Shown: positions 38,706 to 48,845, counted from the stretch's first letter. The stretch: DNA of 64,000 nt from Candidatus Woesebacteria bacterium GW2011_GWC1_42_9 (GCA_000995185.1 LCET01000002.1:220-64219); one strand, 5' to 3'. The notes: a model not told the origin generated them from the sequence alone. Numbers and translations are program-made.

Positions 38706-39323
38706 ATGTATTACAAACCCCTGTCAGAAAACCAAAATAAAGTTTTTGAAGCTATTTTGAGCAAAATTGCTTCAAACGAAGATGCCCCCAGCTTGCGGGA
38801 AATCCAGAAAATTACTGGGATTAAATCCTTGCGTGGGGTGACTCTGCAACTTGATACACTAGAAAAACTGGGCTTTATTGAAAGGAAAAAAGGTGTTAAA
38901 GGAATGTCTGTTAATGCAGCATTTCTAAAACCAAAAGAAAAGATATCTATCCCCTTTATGGCAAGTATTATCCCGGCCGGATATGCTTCTCCCGCAGAAG
39001 ATTATAGCGACCAAAAGATTGACGTTTCTCTCTCGGACACTAAAGGAATGAGAAATGTATTTGCTGTTAAAATAAAGGGCGAAAGTATGATAAACGCAGG
39101 AATAGAAGATGGTGATATTGCCATTATCTCCCCACAACAGGTTGCAAATAACGGTGACATTGTTGCAGCCCTATCTGAAGAGGGTGTTACTCTAAAAAGA
39201 TTCCGAATTGTAGACGACATTCCAATGCTTGTCCCTGCTAACCCAAAATACAAGCCAATTATTGGAGATTTCCAAATTCAAGGAAAGCTCATAAATTTAA
39301 TAAAAACAGAGCAAACCAACTAA
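38706..39323 (+). CDS. lexA: LexA-type repressor (wHTH + S24 peptidase)
   Basis: PSLREI HTH, IPAG cleavage site, GESM Ser, VTLKR Lys. Confidence 0.9.
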   Translation: MYYKPLSENQNKVFEAILSKIASNEDAPSLREIQKITGIKSLRGVTLQLDTLEKLGFIERKKGVKGMSVNAAFLKPKEKISIPFMASIIPAGYASPAEDYSDQKIDVSLSDTKGMRNVFAVKIKGESMINAGIEDGDIAIISPQQVANNGDIVAALSEEGVTLKRFRIVDDIPMLVPANPKYKPIIGDFQIQGKLINLIKTEQTN

Positions 39324-39370
39324 TTTAGCCCAATTCTCCTAAAAACACGGGTCAGATTAAGACAAGTTCA

Positions 39371-39476
39371 GCTCGAACGATGGTATGTTTTCCGAAGAAT
39401 TGATTGGATAACCGAGCTGGAATATCCTGAATTTACGAACAAGGAAGTGAATAGATTTCTCCAAATGAACTCTTAA
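39371..39476 (+). other. Candidate att junction and start-less alternative recombinase C-terminus
   Basis: GCTC in the same codon phase as GCTC at 58736-39; open frame LERWYVFRRIDWITELEYPEFTNKEVNRFLQMNS*. Confidence 0.5.
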
Positions 39477-39529
39477 ATCGTTCGGCAGTTTGGGTCGAAA
39501 AAAAATCTTATTTAGCCTAAAATAGGACT

Positions 39530-40123
39530 ATGAGCAACCTGATAACTCTCAAAGATTGGTATCAACTAGATTTCAAGCTGGATAAGCCACCAAAAGCGGT
39601 TATAAAAGGGGTTGCACAACTTGTAAGCGATTTGAAAACAAAAAAACTTATCAATAAATGGTTCTATTTATTTGAGGGTAAAACATTTCGTGTCCGATTC
39701 CACTCGGATAACCCAGACGAATTAAAAAAGAGAATTGGCGAGACTGCGCAAAAATTCGGCTTGACCCCTGATCCAGAACACCCCCTTGAACCTTACTCTG
39801 AAGGTAATGATATGTTTGCCAGCCCAGAAATGGTAGAAACCTTTGCCAATATGATGGCTGAGTTATCAGAATTAACCGTTCAGAGAGCCAACAACAAAAA
39901 CTTTTTCGAGAACTACAAATTAGTAGAAAGACTGTCTCACTGCATTTTTAACAATGTTTACGGTTCGGATACGGAAACATATTTCCTCCTAAAAAGGATG
40001 GGGGTTAATTTCCAATCCAAAGACAATCCAGAGCAGACAGTCATTGATGACAACCAACAATATGAACTAACCACTCCAATCACAATGACCGTGCCATCAA
40101 TAAAAATACCCAAAAAACCATGA
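39530..40123 (+). CDS. Hypothetical protein
   Basis: 197 aa; WFYLFE..TFRVRF weakly recalls the lantibiotic-dehydratase C-terminal domain. Confidence 0.7.
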   Translation: MSNLITLKDWYQLDFKLDKPPKAVIKGVAQLVSDLKTKKLINKWFYLFEGKTFRVRFHSDNPDELKKRIGETAQKFGLTPDPEHPLEPYSEGNDMFASPEMVETFANMMAELSELTVQRANNKNFFENYKLVERLSHCIFNNVYGSDTETYFLLKRMGVNFQSKDNPEQTVIDDNQQYELTTPITMTVPSIKIPKKP

Positions 40124-40812
40124 CAAATAAATTAACTACTTTATCAAAAAAGGTATTTAGGAGTTTAGGAGAACTTTTCTCCAGCCCAGAGATTTCAGCC
40201 CTATGCCAGGCTCACCCTATCACTGCGGGAATCTCTGCTTACTTCGGCGGAGCTTATCAGCAAGAGCAGTTTGACAATATGGTCACTTTTATGCACCTGC
40301 TCCATTCAAGGCTAAAAAGTGTCGAAGAAGATAAGGTTGACAAAAAATTTCTTAACTCAAAGGATGGTAAAAGGATTATCGGTAAAATCTTCAGAAGCAT
40401 ATCCCGTGACAATAGAATTGAAAAAATTAGGGCAATGTCAAACCTAACAGTCAATCTTTATACTAAGTCAAAACTTGCCGTTGATGAAAGAGAGGTTTAT
40501 GTCGACATTTTGGACAATCTTAATATCCTACAACTTTCAATTCTCCAAAATGCAATTCTTAAAATAAAAGCACGAACGAGTAATCAGCACCGAGGGTTTG
40601 GCTGGGAGAAAATGCAGAAAGAATATGAGGCAAAAGGAGTCACTGCTGCTTTACTTCTTCAATCAATAAGAAGCCTGGAAAACAATGGCTTAGTTAATAA
40701 GAATACTGCCCAACTTCAAGAACAAGATCAAACGCACTTTGTGACAGTCTTTGGAGAGCAGTTTTATACATTTATCTCAGACACAAAAACTCAAAACAAA
40801 CAAGCTCTATAA
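40120..40812 (+). CDS. Hypothetical protein with C-terminal winged helix (Abi-alpha-like, tentative)
   Basis: ATGA overlap with the upstream gene; ILDNL, SLENNGLV, VTVFGEQF. Confidence 0.65.
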   Translation: MTNKLTTLSKKVFRSLGELFSSPEISALCQAHPITAGISAYFGGAYQQEQFDNMVTFMHLLHSRLKSVEEDKVDKKFLNSKDGKRIIGKIFRSISRDNRIEKIRAMSNLTVNLYTKSKLAVDEREVYVDILDNLNILQLSILQNAILKIKARTSNQHRGFGWEKMQKEYEAKGVTAALLLQSIRSLENNGLVNKNTAQLQEQDQTHFVTVFGEQFYTFISDTKTQNKQAL

Positions 40813-40819
40813 AACGAAG

Positions 40820-41728
40820 CTAAGGCTGTCTTTTTACTAAAAACTGCTCTAATAGCTTTCTGTTTATAACCAGTGTGTTCATCATATCTTCCATAAGTGG
40901 AGCGGTGTCAGTTATTCCATTGGCTAAAAATCCCCCCTCCTTTTCTTTTCCTGACAGAAAACCAGAATGTAAAAAGGCTGATCTTAACTTACTATAAAGC
41001 CTCTTGACCATTTTTGTTGCCTGATCAAGATTTTTACCTGTTAGCAATTCCTTGATTAAATCAACGATTGCTTGCCTTTCACTTTTTGTTTGGTGATTTA
41101 CTCTTTTCTTACAAACTGAACAAAAAGGATGACCTTTACAAAAAACGGGGTTATTTGCAAGTTGGTTTATAGATGACAAAAATAAAGTCATGTAGAGAGT
41201 ATATTTCAGGTGAGGATTTGGTATTTCCATCAATTCTGACGCCCAGACAAAAGTGTTCAAAGCATTGTCAAACTTTTCAAAATCTTTCTTTGTTAATCCC
41301 CACATTAACTCCACACAACCTTTAACTCTAAAAATATGGTTATTCTCTGGAGCAGTTCCACTATAACTTTTCGAATCGTTGTGTTTGAGACTCCCAAAGT
41401 ATTTAAGAACATCTTTAATTTCTTTTGCTTTGTTTAATCGGACAGCACTGTATCGTGTGGGTAATCCAGTTTCTAAATAAATTAGGTTTAGCAATCGCTG
41501 AAGATTGGCAAAGGTATTCTGGGCGTTTAACTCCTTTGAAAGTTCCAAGTAAATATAAACAACTCCCAAACCACGGAGACTCGCATCGTTTTTACCAGCA
41601 AAAATTACAACTCTTTTCTGATCGGAAAGGGGCAAAGGCTTTAACTCGTAATAAGGATCGTCGTTATTATAAGTATTTACAGGCAATTTGAATAAATATC
41701 GCCATGACGCAGTCGTTTTTTTCATCAT
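40820..41728 (-). CDS. ApeA-like HEPN domain protein (tentative)
   Basis: LYSKLRSAFLHSG (RxxxxH); CxxC. Confidence 0.6.
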   Translation of the reverse strand: MMKKTTASWRYLFKLPVNTYNNDDPYYELKPLPLSDQKRVVIFAGKNDASLRGLGVVYIYLELSKELNAQNTFANLQRLLNLIYLETGLPTRYSAVRLNKAKEIKDVLKYFGSLKHNDSKSYSGTAPENNHIFRVKGCVELMWGLTKKDFEKFDNALNTFVWASELMEIPNPHLKYTLYMTLFLSSINQLANNPVFCKGHPFCSVCKKRVNHQTKSERQAIVDLIKELLTGKNLDQATKMVKRLYSKLRSAFLHSGFLSGKEKEGGFLANGITDTAPLMEDMMNTLVINRKLLEQFLVKRQP

Positions 41729-41776
41729 TTCAAGTATACCTTTTTTCTCTGGTTTTTTGTATAATTTAGTTTAGTT

Positions 41777-41968
41777 ATGCCGAAGAATAAAGACGAGTTA
41801 CCAAAACTCTTAACTATAAAGCAGGCATCAGAAATCCTAAATGTGCATGTAGAGACTTTGCGGAGGTGGGGCAAAAGCGGGAAATTGAAGGCTGTTAGGG
41901 TTAATAAGCGAGGAGACAGACGCTATGATCCCAAAGATATTGAAATGATACTGAAAAATAAAAAATAA
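41777..41968 (+). CDS. MerR/excisionase-type HTH protein
   Basis: LLTIKQASEILNVHVETLRRW...G.RRY. Confidence 0.85.
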   Translation: MPKNKDELPKLLTIKQASEILNVHVETLRRWGKSGKLKAVRVNKRGDRRYDPKDIEMILKNKK

Positions 41969-41970
41969 AC

Positions 41971-44556
41971 ATGACCAATCTTTACCAAAAATTAAAATTA
42001 GATGTCACTAACTGGAGACAACAAGGCTACCCCTCCTCCTATCCTGCTATTACCACCATCCTCCAGCATAATCAAAGCAACTTCCTAAGAAAGGCACAAT
42101 TTGAGGCACTGGAGACTTACTGGTATCTCAGATTGGTTAAAAACACCCCGAATATCTTTGACCTTTATCAAAGCTATTTCCCAGGGAAAACCCTCTTTGA
42201 AGCCTTTGGACTGAAACACTTAATTGAAAACTTGCCAGAAGATCTAATCACCCCAGAGTTTACCCAGGGAATCCTGAAAAAAATTGAAACAGACGATGCC
42301 TTTGTAAAGCAAAATAAATTAGAAGCGCTAAGGGAAACACTCACCCTTTCCTATCCCAGCTACATCCTGGCATTGGCAATGGGAGCGGGTAAGACAATCC
42401 TGATCGCTTCCATCATTGCTACCGAGTTTGCGATGGCTTTGGAATATCAAGAGGAAGATGGTATTTTTATCAAAAACGCCCTGGTATTTGCGCCTGGAAA
42501 AACCATTTTAGGTGCTTTGAGGGAAATCTCAGATACTCCCTATAACAAGATACTTCCCCCTCGTTTTTACAAATCCTTTATCACCAATGTTAAATTCACC
42601 TACACCAGAGATGGTGAGAAAGATATTCCTGTTATTCGAGAGAGTTCCTTTAATGTCATCGTCACCAACACTGAGAAAATACGACTTCAAAAGAACAGCA
42701 TCCCCAAATCCTTCCTGTCTGGGCAGTTGAGGCTGGGCATTGAAGAAGCAAAGGAGCTGGTGGCTAATTTGAGGCTGCAAACCATCACTTCACTACCTCA
42801 CTTGGCAGTATTCTCGGATGAAGCGCACCACACCTACGGGCAAAAGCTGGCAAGCGATCTTAAAAGGGTCAGGCAAACCATCAACTACATTGCCGAGGAA
42901 ACTAACCTTCTGGTGGTCGTTAATACCACAGGCACGCCATACTTCCAAAGACAGCTTCTGCGGGATGTCATTTACTGGTATGGGCTGTCCCAGGGCATTG
43001 AGGACGGCATCCTCAAAGAGGTTAGGGGCAACATCATGGCTTATCCGAAGGTTTCTGAGAAAGACTTTGTTATCGATATTGTCAAAGATTTCTTTCAGGA
43101 ATACAAAGATGTCCGAGTTAATAACGGCGAATACGCAAAGTTGGCAATTTACTTCCCCCAGGTAGCAGATTTAGAGAAAGCCAAACCCATTGTCGAGCAA
43201 ACTCTTATTTCGTTGAAGCTCGACCCTTCAGTTGTCCTGCCAGTGCATAACAAATCAACTGACGAGATCAAAGACCTCTTTGATAATCGAATCAACGATC
43301 CTAAACTACCTTACAGGGTCTTCCTGTTAGTTAACAAAGGCACTGAGGGGTGGAACTGCCTGTCCTTATTTGCCACAGCCCTGGCAAGGAAACTTACTTC
43401 AAGCAATAACTTTGTTTTACAAGCTGCCAGCCGATGTTTAAGACAAGTCAACGGCAACACCAAAAAAGCCAAGATTTATCTCTCAAAAGATAATGTCTCC
43501 ATTCTTGATCGGCAGTTGCAAGAAACCTTTGGCGAGGGGCTGGACGATCTCAATAGGGTTGCAGCTGATATTCTATCAATCAAGGTAACCCTCAGAAAGA
43601 TTGAACTTGAACCACTACTGATCAAAAAGCTCATCCAAAAGATAGTCCCAGAAGACTTGAAAGCTGCAGAAAGTTTAAGAATCGATAAACCAGGCAAACA
43701 AGCGGTCAAATCCTTTGAAAAGACCATTTACTCCATGTCCAAAGCCCAGAGAAAAGGGGTGCTGGTTGAAGTGGGAACTAAAAAGGGAAGTGTAACAGAC
43801 AGGAAAATCGACCTGTTCCAAGCTGCCGTAGTTTTGGCTCATGCTTACCGCTTAGACTCGCTAAAAACTTATAAACTGCTTCAAGGCTTATATCCAGACG
43901 GAGAAATCGGGGCGTTTGAACTGGAGCTTATCCGCTCGCAAATAGAAAAACAAACCATGCGCTATAAAGTGGTTAACGAAACCATCGAAGAAGCATTGGC
44001 TCTTATCAAACAAAAAGGGTTTGAAGAAGAAACTGTTGACGGCAAAACCTCGTATGTGACCCATATCAGGGTTAACAAAACCTCTCTGGATAAATATGTG
44101 CTGGAGCTGAAAGACTACAGAGCAAAAGCTGGGCAGCTACCGCTCTTTGGCTTCCATTATGACCCCTACAACTTTGACTCTGGAGACGAGCGGGAGTTTT
44201 TTGAGAGAATGCTTACTAAACTTGGAGAAGACCCAGATAATGTTGAGGACATTTATTACACAGGTGCAATCAATGACCCTGCCAAAACCGATTTTATCTT
44301 TGAGTATAAAGACGATAAAGGAGACTGGCACAGTTATACACCCGACTTTTTAATTCGCAAGAAAGACGGCAAGTCCTTAATCGTGGAGGTCAAAGCGCCA
44401 AAATACAGGATTAAAGAGGCTGAAAAAGAGATGCAACAGCTGGAAGCGATAAATCCTGATAAAATAAAGTATGAACTCCTGCTCTTAGAGGAAGGAGAGT
44501 CAGTATTTGGTAAAGTCGCCCCAGTTTTTAACTGGATTTACCAAAACCAAAAATAA
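41971..44556 (+). CDS. res: Type III-like restriction subunit (SF2 helicase + PD-(D/E)xK nuclease)
   Basis: MGAGKT, DEAHH, TGT, EGWN, QAASRCLR; YTPDF...IVEVK. Confidence 0.88.
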   Translation: MTNLYQKLKLDVTNWRQQGYPSSYPAITTILQHNQSNFLRKAQFEALETYWYLRLVKNTPNIFDLYQSYFPGKTLFEAFGLKHLIENLPEDLITPEFTQGILKKIETDDAFVKQNKLEALRETLTLSYPSYILALAMGAGKTILIASIIATEFAMALEYQEEDGIFIKNALVFAPGKTILGALREISDTPYNKILPPRFYKSFITNVKFTYTRDGEKDIPVIRESSFNVIVTNTEKIRLQKNSIPKSFLSGQLRLGIEEAKELVANLRLQTITSLPHLAVFSDEAHHTYGQKLASDLKRVRQTINYIAEETNLLVVVNTTGTPYFQRQLLRDVIYWYGLSQGIEDGILKEVRGNIMAYPKVSEKDFVIDIVKDFFQEYKDVRVNNGEYAKLAIYFPQVADLEKAKPIVEQTLISLKLDPSVVLPVHNKSTDEIKDLFDNRINDPKLPYRVFLLVNKGTEGWNCLSLFATALARKLTSSNNFVLQAASRCLRQVNGNTKKAKIYLSKDNVSILDRQLQETFGEGLDDLNRVAADILSIKVTLRKIELEPLLIKKLIQKIVPEDLKAAESLRIDKPGKQAVKSFEKTIYSMSKAQRKGVLVEVGTKKGSVTDRKIDLFQAAVVLAHAYRLDSLKTYKLLQGLYPDGEIGAFELELIRSQIEKQTMRYKVVNETIEEALALIKQKGFEEETVDGKTSYVTHIRVNKTSLDKYVLELKDYRAKAGQLPLFGFHYDPYNFDSGDEREFFERMLTKLGEDPDNVEDIYYTGAINDPAKTDFIFEYKDDKGDWHSYTPDFLIRKKDGKSLIVEVKAPKYRIKEAEKEMQQLEAINPDKIKYELLLLEEGESVFGKVAPVFNWIYQNQK

Positions 44557-44558
44557 AT

Positions 44559-45413
44559 ATGATCACAAAACAATTTCTTGAAACATATCCACTGCTTAGA
44601 AAATACCCCATTACATTCGATAAACTAAGCCACAGTCAGTGGGGAACAAAAGGTGCTATTTGTAATCTTCCTAAACCAGCACTTAATTTATTCTGCAAAA
44701 AGTGCCAGAGCATGCAGACATTTAATATGGAAAATGACTTTGAACATTTTGCAGTCGACTCACCTGTAAGGCATTCTCCTGTAGGAAAAATCTTTGAAGT
44801 GAGATATCTGTGTGCTGGTTGCGGGCAATACCGACATACTTTTTATATCGAATTTGGTGTTGATAGAGCGCCAAAGGGAGATGCGAGAACATTTAGTGGC
44901 TGGATTCGCAAAATAGGTCAGTTGCCTCCGTGGGAAATTGATATTGATAAAAACATTGAAAAGGCATTGGGAGACGATAGTGTGCTTTACAAAAAAGGCT
45001 TAATCTGTGAGTCTCAAAGTTATGGAATAGGCTCATATGCTTATTTCAGGCGTATCACAGAAAACATTATCGACGAACTGTTAAATTCAATTTCTGATTT
45101 AATTGACGAGGGAGATAAAGAAAAATATGAACAAGCGCTGGAGAAAGTAAAAAAAACCAGAGTGACAGAAGAAAAAATTGAGTTAGTGCAAGACTTATTA
45201 CCATTATCACTACAACCCAATGGGCTTAATCCTTTGAAATCACTTCACTCTGCTTTAAGCGCTGGCATACACAATAAAACTGATGAAGAATGTTTAGAAT
45301 TAGCTGAGACAATAAAAGAAGTTTTAATCTACTTACTGGAAGAAATCAAAAATCGAAAAAATAGAGCAAAAGAATTTACAGAAAGAATGAAAAGATTACT
45401 TAAACAAAAATAA
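44559..45413 (+). CDS. Zn-ribbon + DUF4145/HEPN-like protein embedded in the R-M operon
   Basis: CxxC...CxxC; KIGQ.P; AYFRRITE; LSAGIH. Confidence 0.6.
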   Translation: MITKQFLETYPLLRKYPITFDKLSHSQWGTKGAICNLPKPALNLFCKKCQSMQTFNMENDFEHFAVDSPVRHSPVGKIFEVRYLCAGCGQYRHTFYIEFGVDRAPKGDARTFSGWIRKIGQLPPWEIDIDKNIEKALGDDSVLYKKGLICESQSYGIGSYAYFRRITENIIDELLNSISDLIDEGDKEKYEQALEKVKKTRVTEEKIELVQDLLPLSLQPNGLNPLKSLHSALSAGIHNKTDEECLELAETIKEVLIYLLEEIKNRKNRAKEFTERMKRLLKQK

Positions 45414-45415
45414 AC

Positions 45416-47413
45416 ATGATAAATAAAAAAATAACCAAATCTCTCTCTGATGAGATCAAGATTAAAGCTAAGATAAGCAAGATAAAGATTGAAACACCAA
45501 AGGGTAGACCTCTGCTCCATTGGGTTAATAAACACCCGTTAGAATATGTCACAGGCTTCCCGACACAGCTAACAGAAGTCTTCGACCCTCAGAAGAAAGA
45601 CAAATTCCCAGAAACTCCTAAATACAACGAGCTTGAAAAGAACTGGCACAATCTCTTATTTCATGGTGACAACAAAGAAGTTTTAGCCACACTCCTCGAA
45701 CAAGGATTTAGAGGCAAGGTTGACCTTATTTATATCGATCCTCCGTTTGCCAGCAACAAGGACTACATGAGGAAAGTTGAGCTGCGGGGACTGAAAGATT
45801 TGGGCAGGATCGAGGAAGACAGCGAATCGATCATCCAGCAAACAATGTATGAAGATATTTGGAAAAGGGACGAATACTTCCAGTTCATGTATGAGAGGTT
45901 GATTTTACTGAAGGAATTGCTGGCAGAAACGGGCAGCATTTATGTTCACCTTGACTATCGAATGGTGCATTATATCAAGGCGTTCATGGACGAGATCTTC
46001 GGCGAAGACAATTTCAAAAACGAAATTACATGGAGAAGACAAATTCCAAGAGGTATGAAAGCACATGCCACCTTCCTGCCCTACAGCGCTGAATACATCC
46101 TGCTTTATACCAAAGGAGGGGGTGCAATATGGAATCAACCAATTAAGATAAACAAACTCTCGATAAAAGAGGCAGAGAAAAAATACATGAAAGATGAAAA
46201 AGGATTTTTCAGGACTTCAGACCCTGGAACTTTCTCCTTTGAGGGTCTTTTTGATCTTTATAAAAGGGGGAAATTATACGCACCCTACAATGGCAAGATT
46301 ATCGTGGACACAAAGAGTAAGAGAATTTATACCCAGAAAGGGAATCTGGGCATTAAGTATTACAGAAAAAGAGAAGGTAATTTTATTGTTGAAGAAACCC
46401 CAGTCGATAACATCTGGGAAGACATCCCAGGTTTGGGAGTAACACCGTCAGAGTGGTTAGGTTATCAGACTCAAAAGCCAGAGGCATTACTCGAACGAAT
46501 TATCAAAGCCTCTTCTGACTCAAATCATTTAGTTTTGGATTGTTTTATGGGGTCTGGAACAACATGTGCGGTGGCTCAAAAGTTAGGCAGGCGGTGGATT
46601 GGGGTTGATGTTAATAAAGGGGCAATTCAAGTTACCAGCAAGAGACTACAAAAAATCTCAAAAGACAAAAAAGAGGCAAAACACCCCACCTTTGCAGTTT
46701 ATAAAGTTAATAACTACAACCTGAGAATCTTAAAAACAGAGGCTAAGGAACTGGCTATCCAGCAATATGGAATTACTAAGGTCAAAACGGACACTTTCTT
46801 TGACGGTTTGCGGGATAGTGGTGAACTGGTCAAGGTTATAGATTTCAATCACCCCTTAACGCTACTTGACCTACAGCTAATCGTTGACGAGCTTAATAAA
46901 CGACCAGATGAAGACAGAGATGTTGTGGTTATCTCGCTGGGTCGAGAAACAAAGGTTGATGCTTGGATTGAGGAATGGAATAAAAAACAGCCCTATAAAG
47001 ACACCAGAAACAAGAAACGCATGCGTCAGTTTATTGTCTTCGACCTGAAAGACAAAAACTTTGTGAGTTACGAGCCATCAAAAGCAGATGTAGAAATTAA
47101 GCGGGTAGGCAAAGGCAAAGTAAAGATTAAAATTGTATCCTTTATCTCCCCCACGATCATTAAGCGCCTGGAGCTTGAACCAGGACTCTTGCAGAAGAAA
47201 ATCCCAGATTTCAGGTCGATGATCGATGTGGTGCTGGTTGACACGGATTACGACGGTGAAGTATTTAAGATTGGTTTCTCCGATGTCCCAGAAAAACAGA
47301 ACGATTTAGTTAAGGGTGAATACGAGCTTGAAATAAGCGAAAAGCCAACCAAAGTGGCAGTCAAAGTCATTGACATGTTGGGAGAAGAAGTCATGGTTAC
47401 CAAAGAGGTGTAA
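45416..47413 (+). CDS. mod: Type III-like beta-class N6-adenine DNA methyltransferase
   Basis: YIDPPF before DCFMGSGTT; TQKPE.LL.RII; C-terminal VKVIDMLGEE. Confidence 0.92.
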   Translation: MINKKITKSLSDEIKIKAKISKIKIETPKGRPLLHWVNKHPLEYVTGFPTQLTEVFDPQKKDKFPETPKYNELEKNWHNLLFHGDNKEVLATLLEQGFRGKVDLIYIDPPFASNKDYMRKVELRGLKDLGRIEEDSESIIQQTMYEDIWKRDEYFQFMYERLILLKELLAETGSIYVHLDYRMVHYIKAFMDEIFGEDNFKNEITWRRQIPRGMKAHATFLPYSAEYILLYTKGGGAIWNQPIKINKLSIKEAEKKYMKDEKGFFRTSDPGTFSFEGLFDLYKRGKLYAPYNGKIIVDTKSKRIYTQKGNLGIKYYRKREGNFIVEETPVDNIWEDIPGLGVTPSEWLGYQTQKPEALLERIIKASSDSNHLVLDCFMGSGTTCAVAQKLGRRWIGVDVNKGAIQVTSKRLQKISKDKKEAKHPTFAVYKVNNYNLRILKTEAKELAIQQYGITKVKTDTFFDGLRDSGELVKVIDFNHPLTLLDLQLIVDELNKRPDEDRDVVVISLGRETKVDAWIEEWNKKQPYKDTRNKKRMRQFIVFDLKDKNFVSYEPSKADVEIKRVGKGKVKIKIVSFISPTIIKRLELEPGLLQKKIPDFRSMIDVVLVDTDYDGEVFKIGFSDVPEKQNDLVKGEYELEISEKPTKVAVKVIDMLGEEVMVTKEV

Positions 47414-47443
47414 TCAGATACCCCTCTCAAAGATTGCTGATTT

Positions 47444-47468
47444 AACTGCCCTTAATTGGGCAGTTTTT
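47444..47468 (+). terminator. Rho-independent terminator after mod
   Basis: AACTGCCC/GGGCAGTT stem + T-run. Confidence 0.7.
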
Positions 47469-47481
47469 GTAAAAAATAAGT

Positions 47482-48087
47482 ATGATCGATATAAAAAACT
47501 TTAATCCTGGAAAAGACCTTGAAGAATTTCTGAAGCCCTATGGTGAGAAAGCGCTATCAGATTTTAGAGATAAAGTTACTGAAGACTTAAAAAGAATTTC
47601 TGAGAGACATAAAAGCCTGCTAAAAGATTCTGAAAACTTCAGACTACAGTTAATTACCATTGCTGGTGGGACAATTTCCATCTTTGTCGCCCTACAAGGA
47701 AACTTTGATATTTCGCTGCTGACAAAACTGGGTTTTGCTTGTTTGGGCATGTCTTTGATATTGGGCGTAGCCTCACTGTTTTTTGGTCTTGAATCAAAGC
47801 GGTTTGAAATTCAATTAGAGGAAAGCAGTAATTTATTCCAGCAGAAACAGGCGCTTGATTTTCTTGAAAAGTTTTATCGTCTCGACATCAGCCCAGAAAA
47901 AGAAATACTTTCATATTCTGAGAGCTTTAAGAAGGAATATGACACCGATCTCAAAAAGAGGCAGAAACAGATAAACAAAATTCTGAATTTTATACACCTG
48001 GATGCTCAAAAGGTTGAAAACGGACAGTTGATTTTATTTATGATAGGGATAATCCTTATCGTTTTAGGATTGTTCCTGCGTGTCTAA
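47482..48087 (+). CDS. Three-TM hypothetical protein
   Basis: Two N-proximal TMs and one C-terminal TM. Confidence 0.7.
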   Translation: MIDIKNFNPGKDLEEFLKPYGEKALSDFRDKVTEDLKRISERHKSLLKDSENFRLQLITIAGGTISIFVALQGNFDISLLTKLGFACLGMSLILGVASLFFGLESKRFEIQLEESSNLFQQKQALDFLEKFYRLDISPEKEILSYSESFKKEYDTDLKKRQKQINKILNFIHLDAQKVENGQLILFMIGIILIVLGLFLRV

Positions 48088-48114
48088 TTAAGCAACCAAA
48101 AGGCAATTTTGTAA

Positions 48115-48837
48115 ATGACTATGAAAAACATAAATGATCTTCTAACTGAACTGGCTAAGGGCGCAACCCACATCATCAGCAAGCCAGAAACAATAAAGGA
48201 ACTCCAGAAACAAGGGGTAAAGTTTGATAAACCCCAAAGATTGACTCCTGAACAAGCTGTCGAAAGCATATTTTCTCAAAGAAAAGCCGTTGCCTTAGCC
48301 AATATAACCAAATTCTCTCCTCCGCCAGATATTGCTATCCCTACAATTGGCTTTCTTTATGATGAAATTCGTGAGTGTATTCTATTCGGGCTTTACGGGG
48401 CTGCCATCTCACTGAGCGCCGTCTTAGTGGAGTTTTCTCTTAAACATGCTATCGTCAGGAAGAAGTTTGGGAACACCTACAAAGAAAACGAGTGGGATAG
48501 GATTGAAGGTATGGAACTAAATCCGACCATCAATGAGGCTAAGCAATTAGGTATTATTGATAAAGAAACAGAAAAAAGGTTAATCAGCTTCAAAGACTCA
48601 ATTAGAAATCCTTATTTGCACTACAATATAAAGAAAATCACGAAAAATGTGGCTGCAAGAAAGGTGAAGCGGTTCGATATTAAAACAAGGGAAGTAAAAG
48701 AGGTTAATCTAAATGCCAAAGATAATCCTGTTGTTTGGGGCTTTGCTAAAAGATTTGTTGACAGGGAAATGGTTTTTCAAGTTTTTGGATTTGCAGACAA
48801 CTTGATCAGATACCTTTTTTCAAAAAACATTAAGTAA
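48115..48837 (+). CDS. HEPN-like protein (tentative)
   Basis: AAISLSAVLVE, IRNPYLH (RxxxxH). Confidence 0.6.
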   Translation: MTMKNINDLLTELAKGATHIISKPETIKELQKQGVKFDKPQRLTPEQAVESIFSQRKAVALANITKFSPPPDIAIPTIGFLYDEIRECILFGLYGAAISLSAVLVEFSLKHAIVRKKFGNTYKENEWDRIEGMELNPTINEAKQLGIIDKETEKRLISFKDSIRNPYLHYNIKKITKNVAARKVKRFDIKTREVKEVNLNAKDNPVVWGFAKRFVDREMVFQVFGFADNLIRYLFSKNIK

Positions 48838-48845
48838 TTTTTCAT

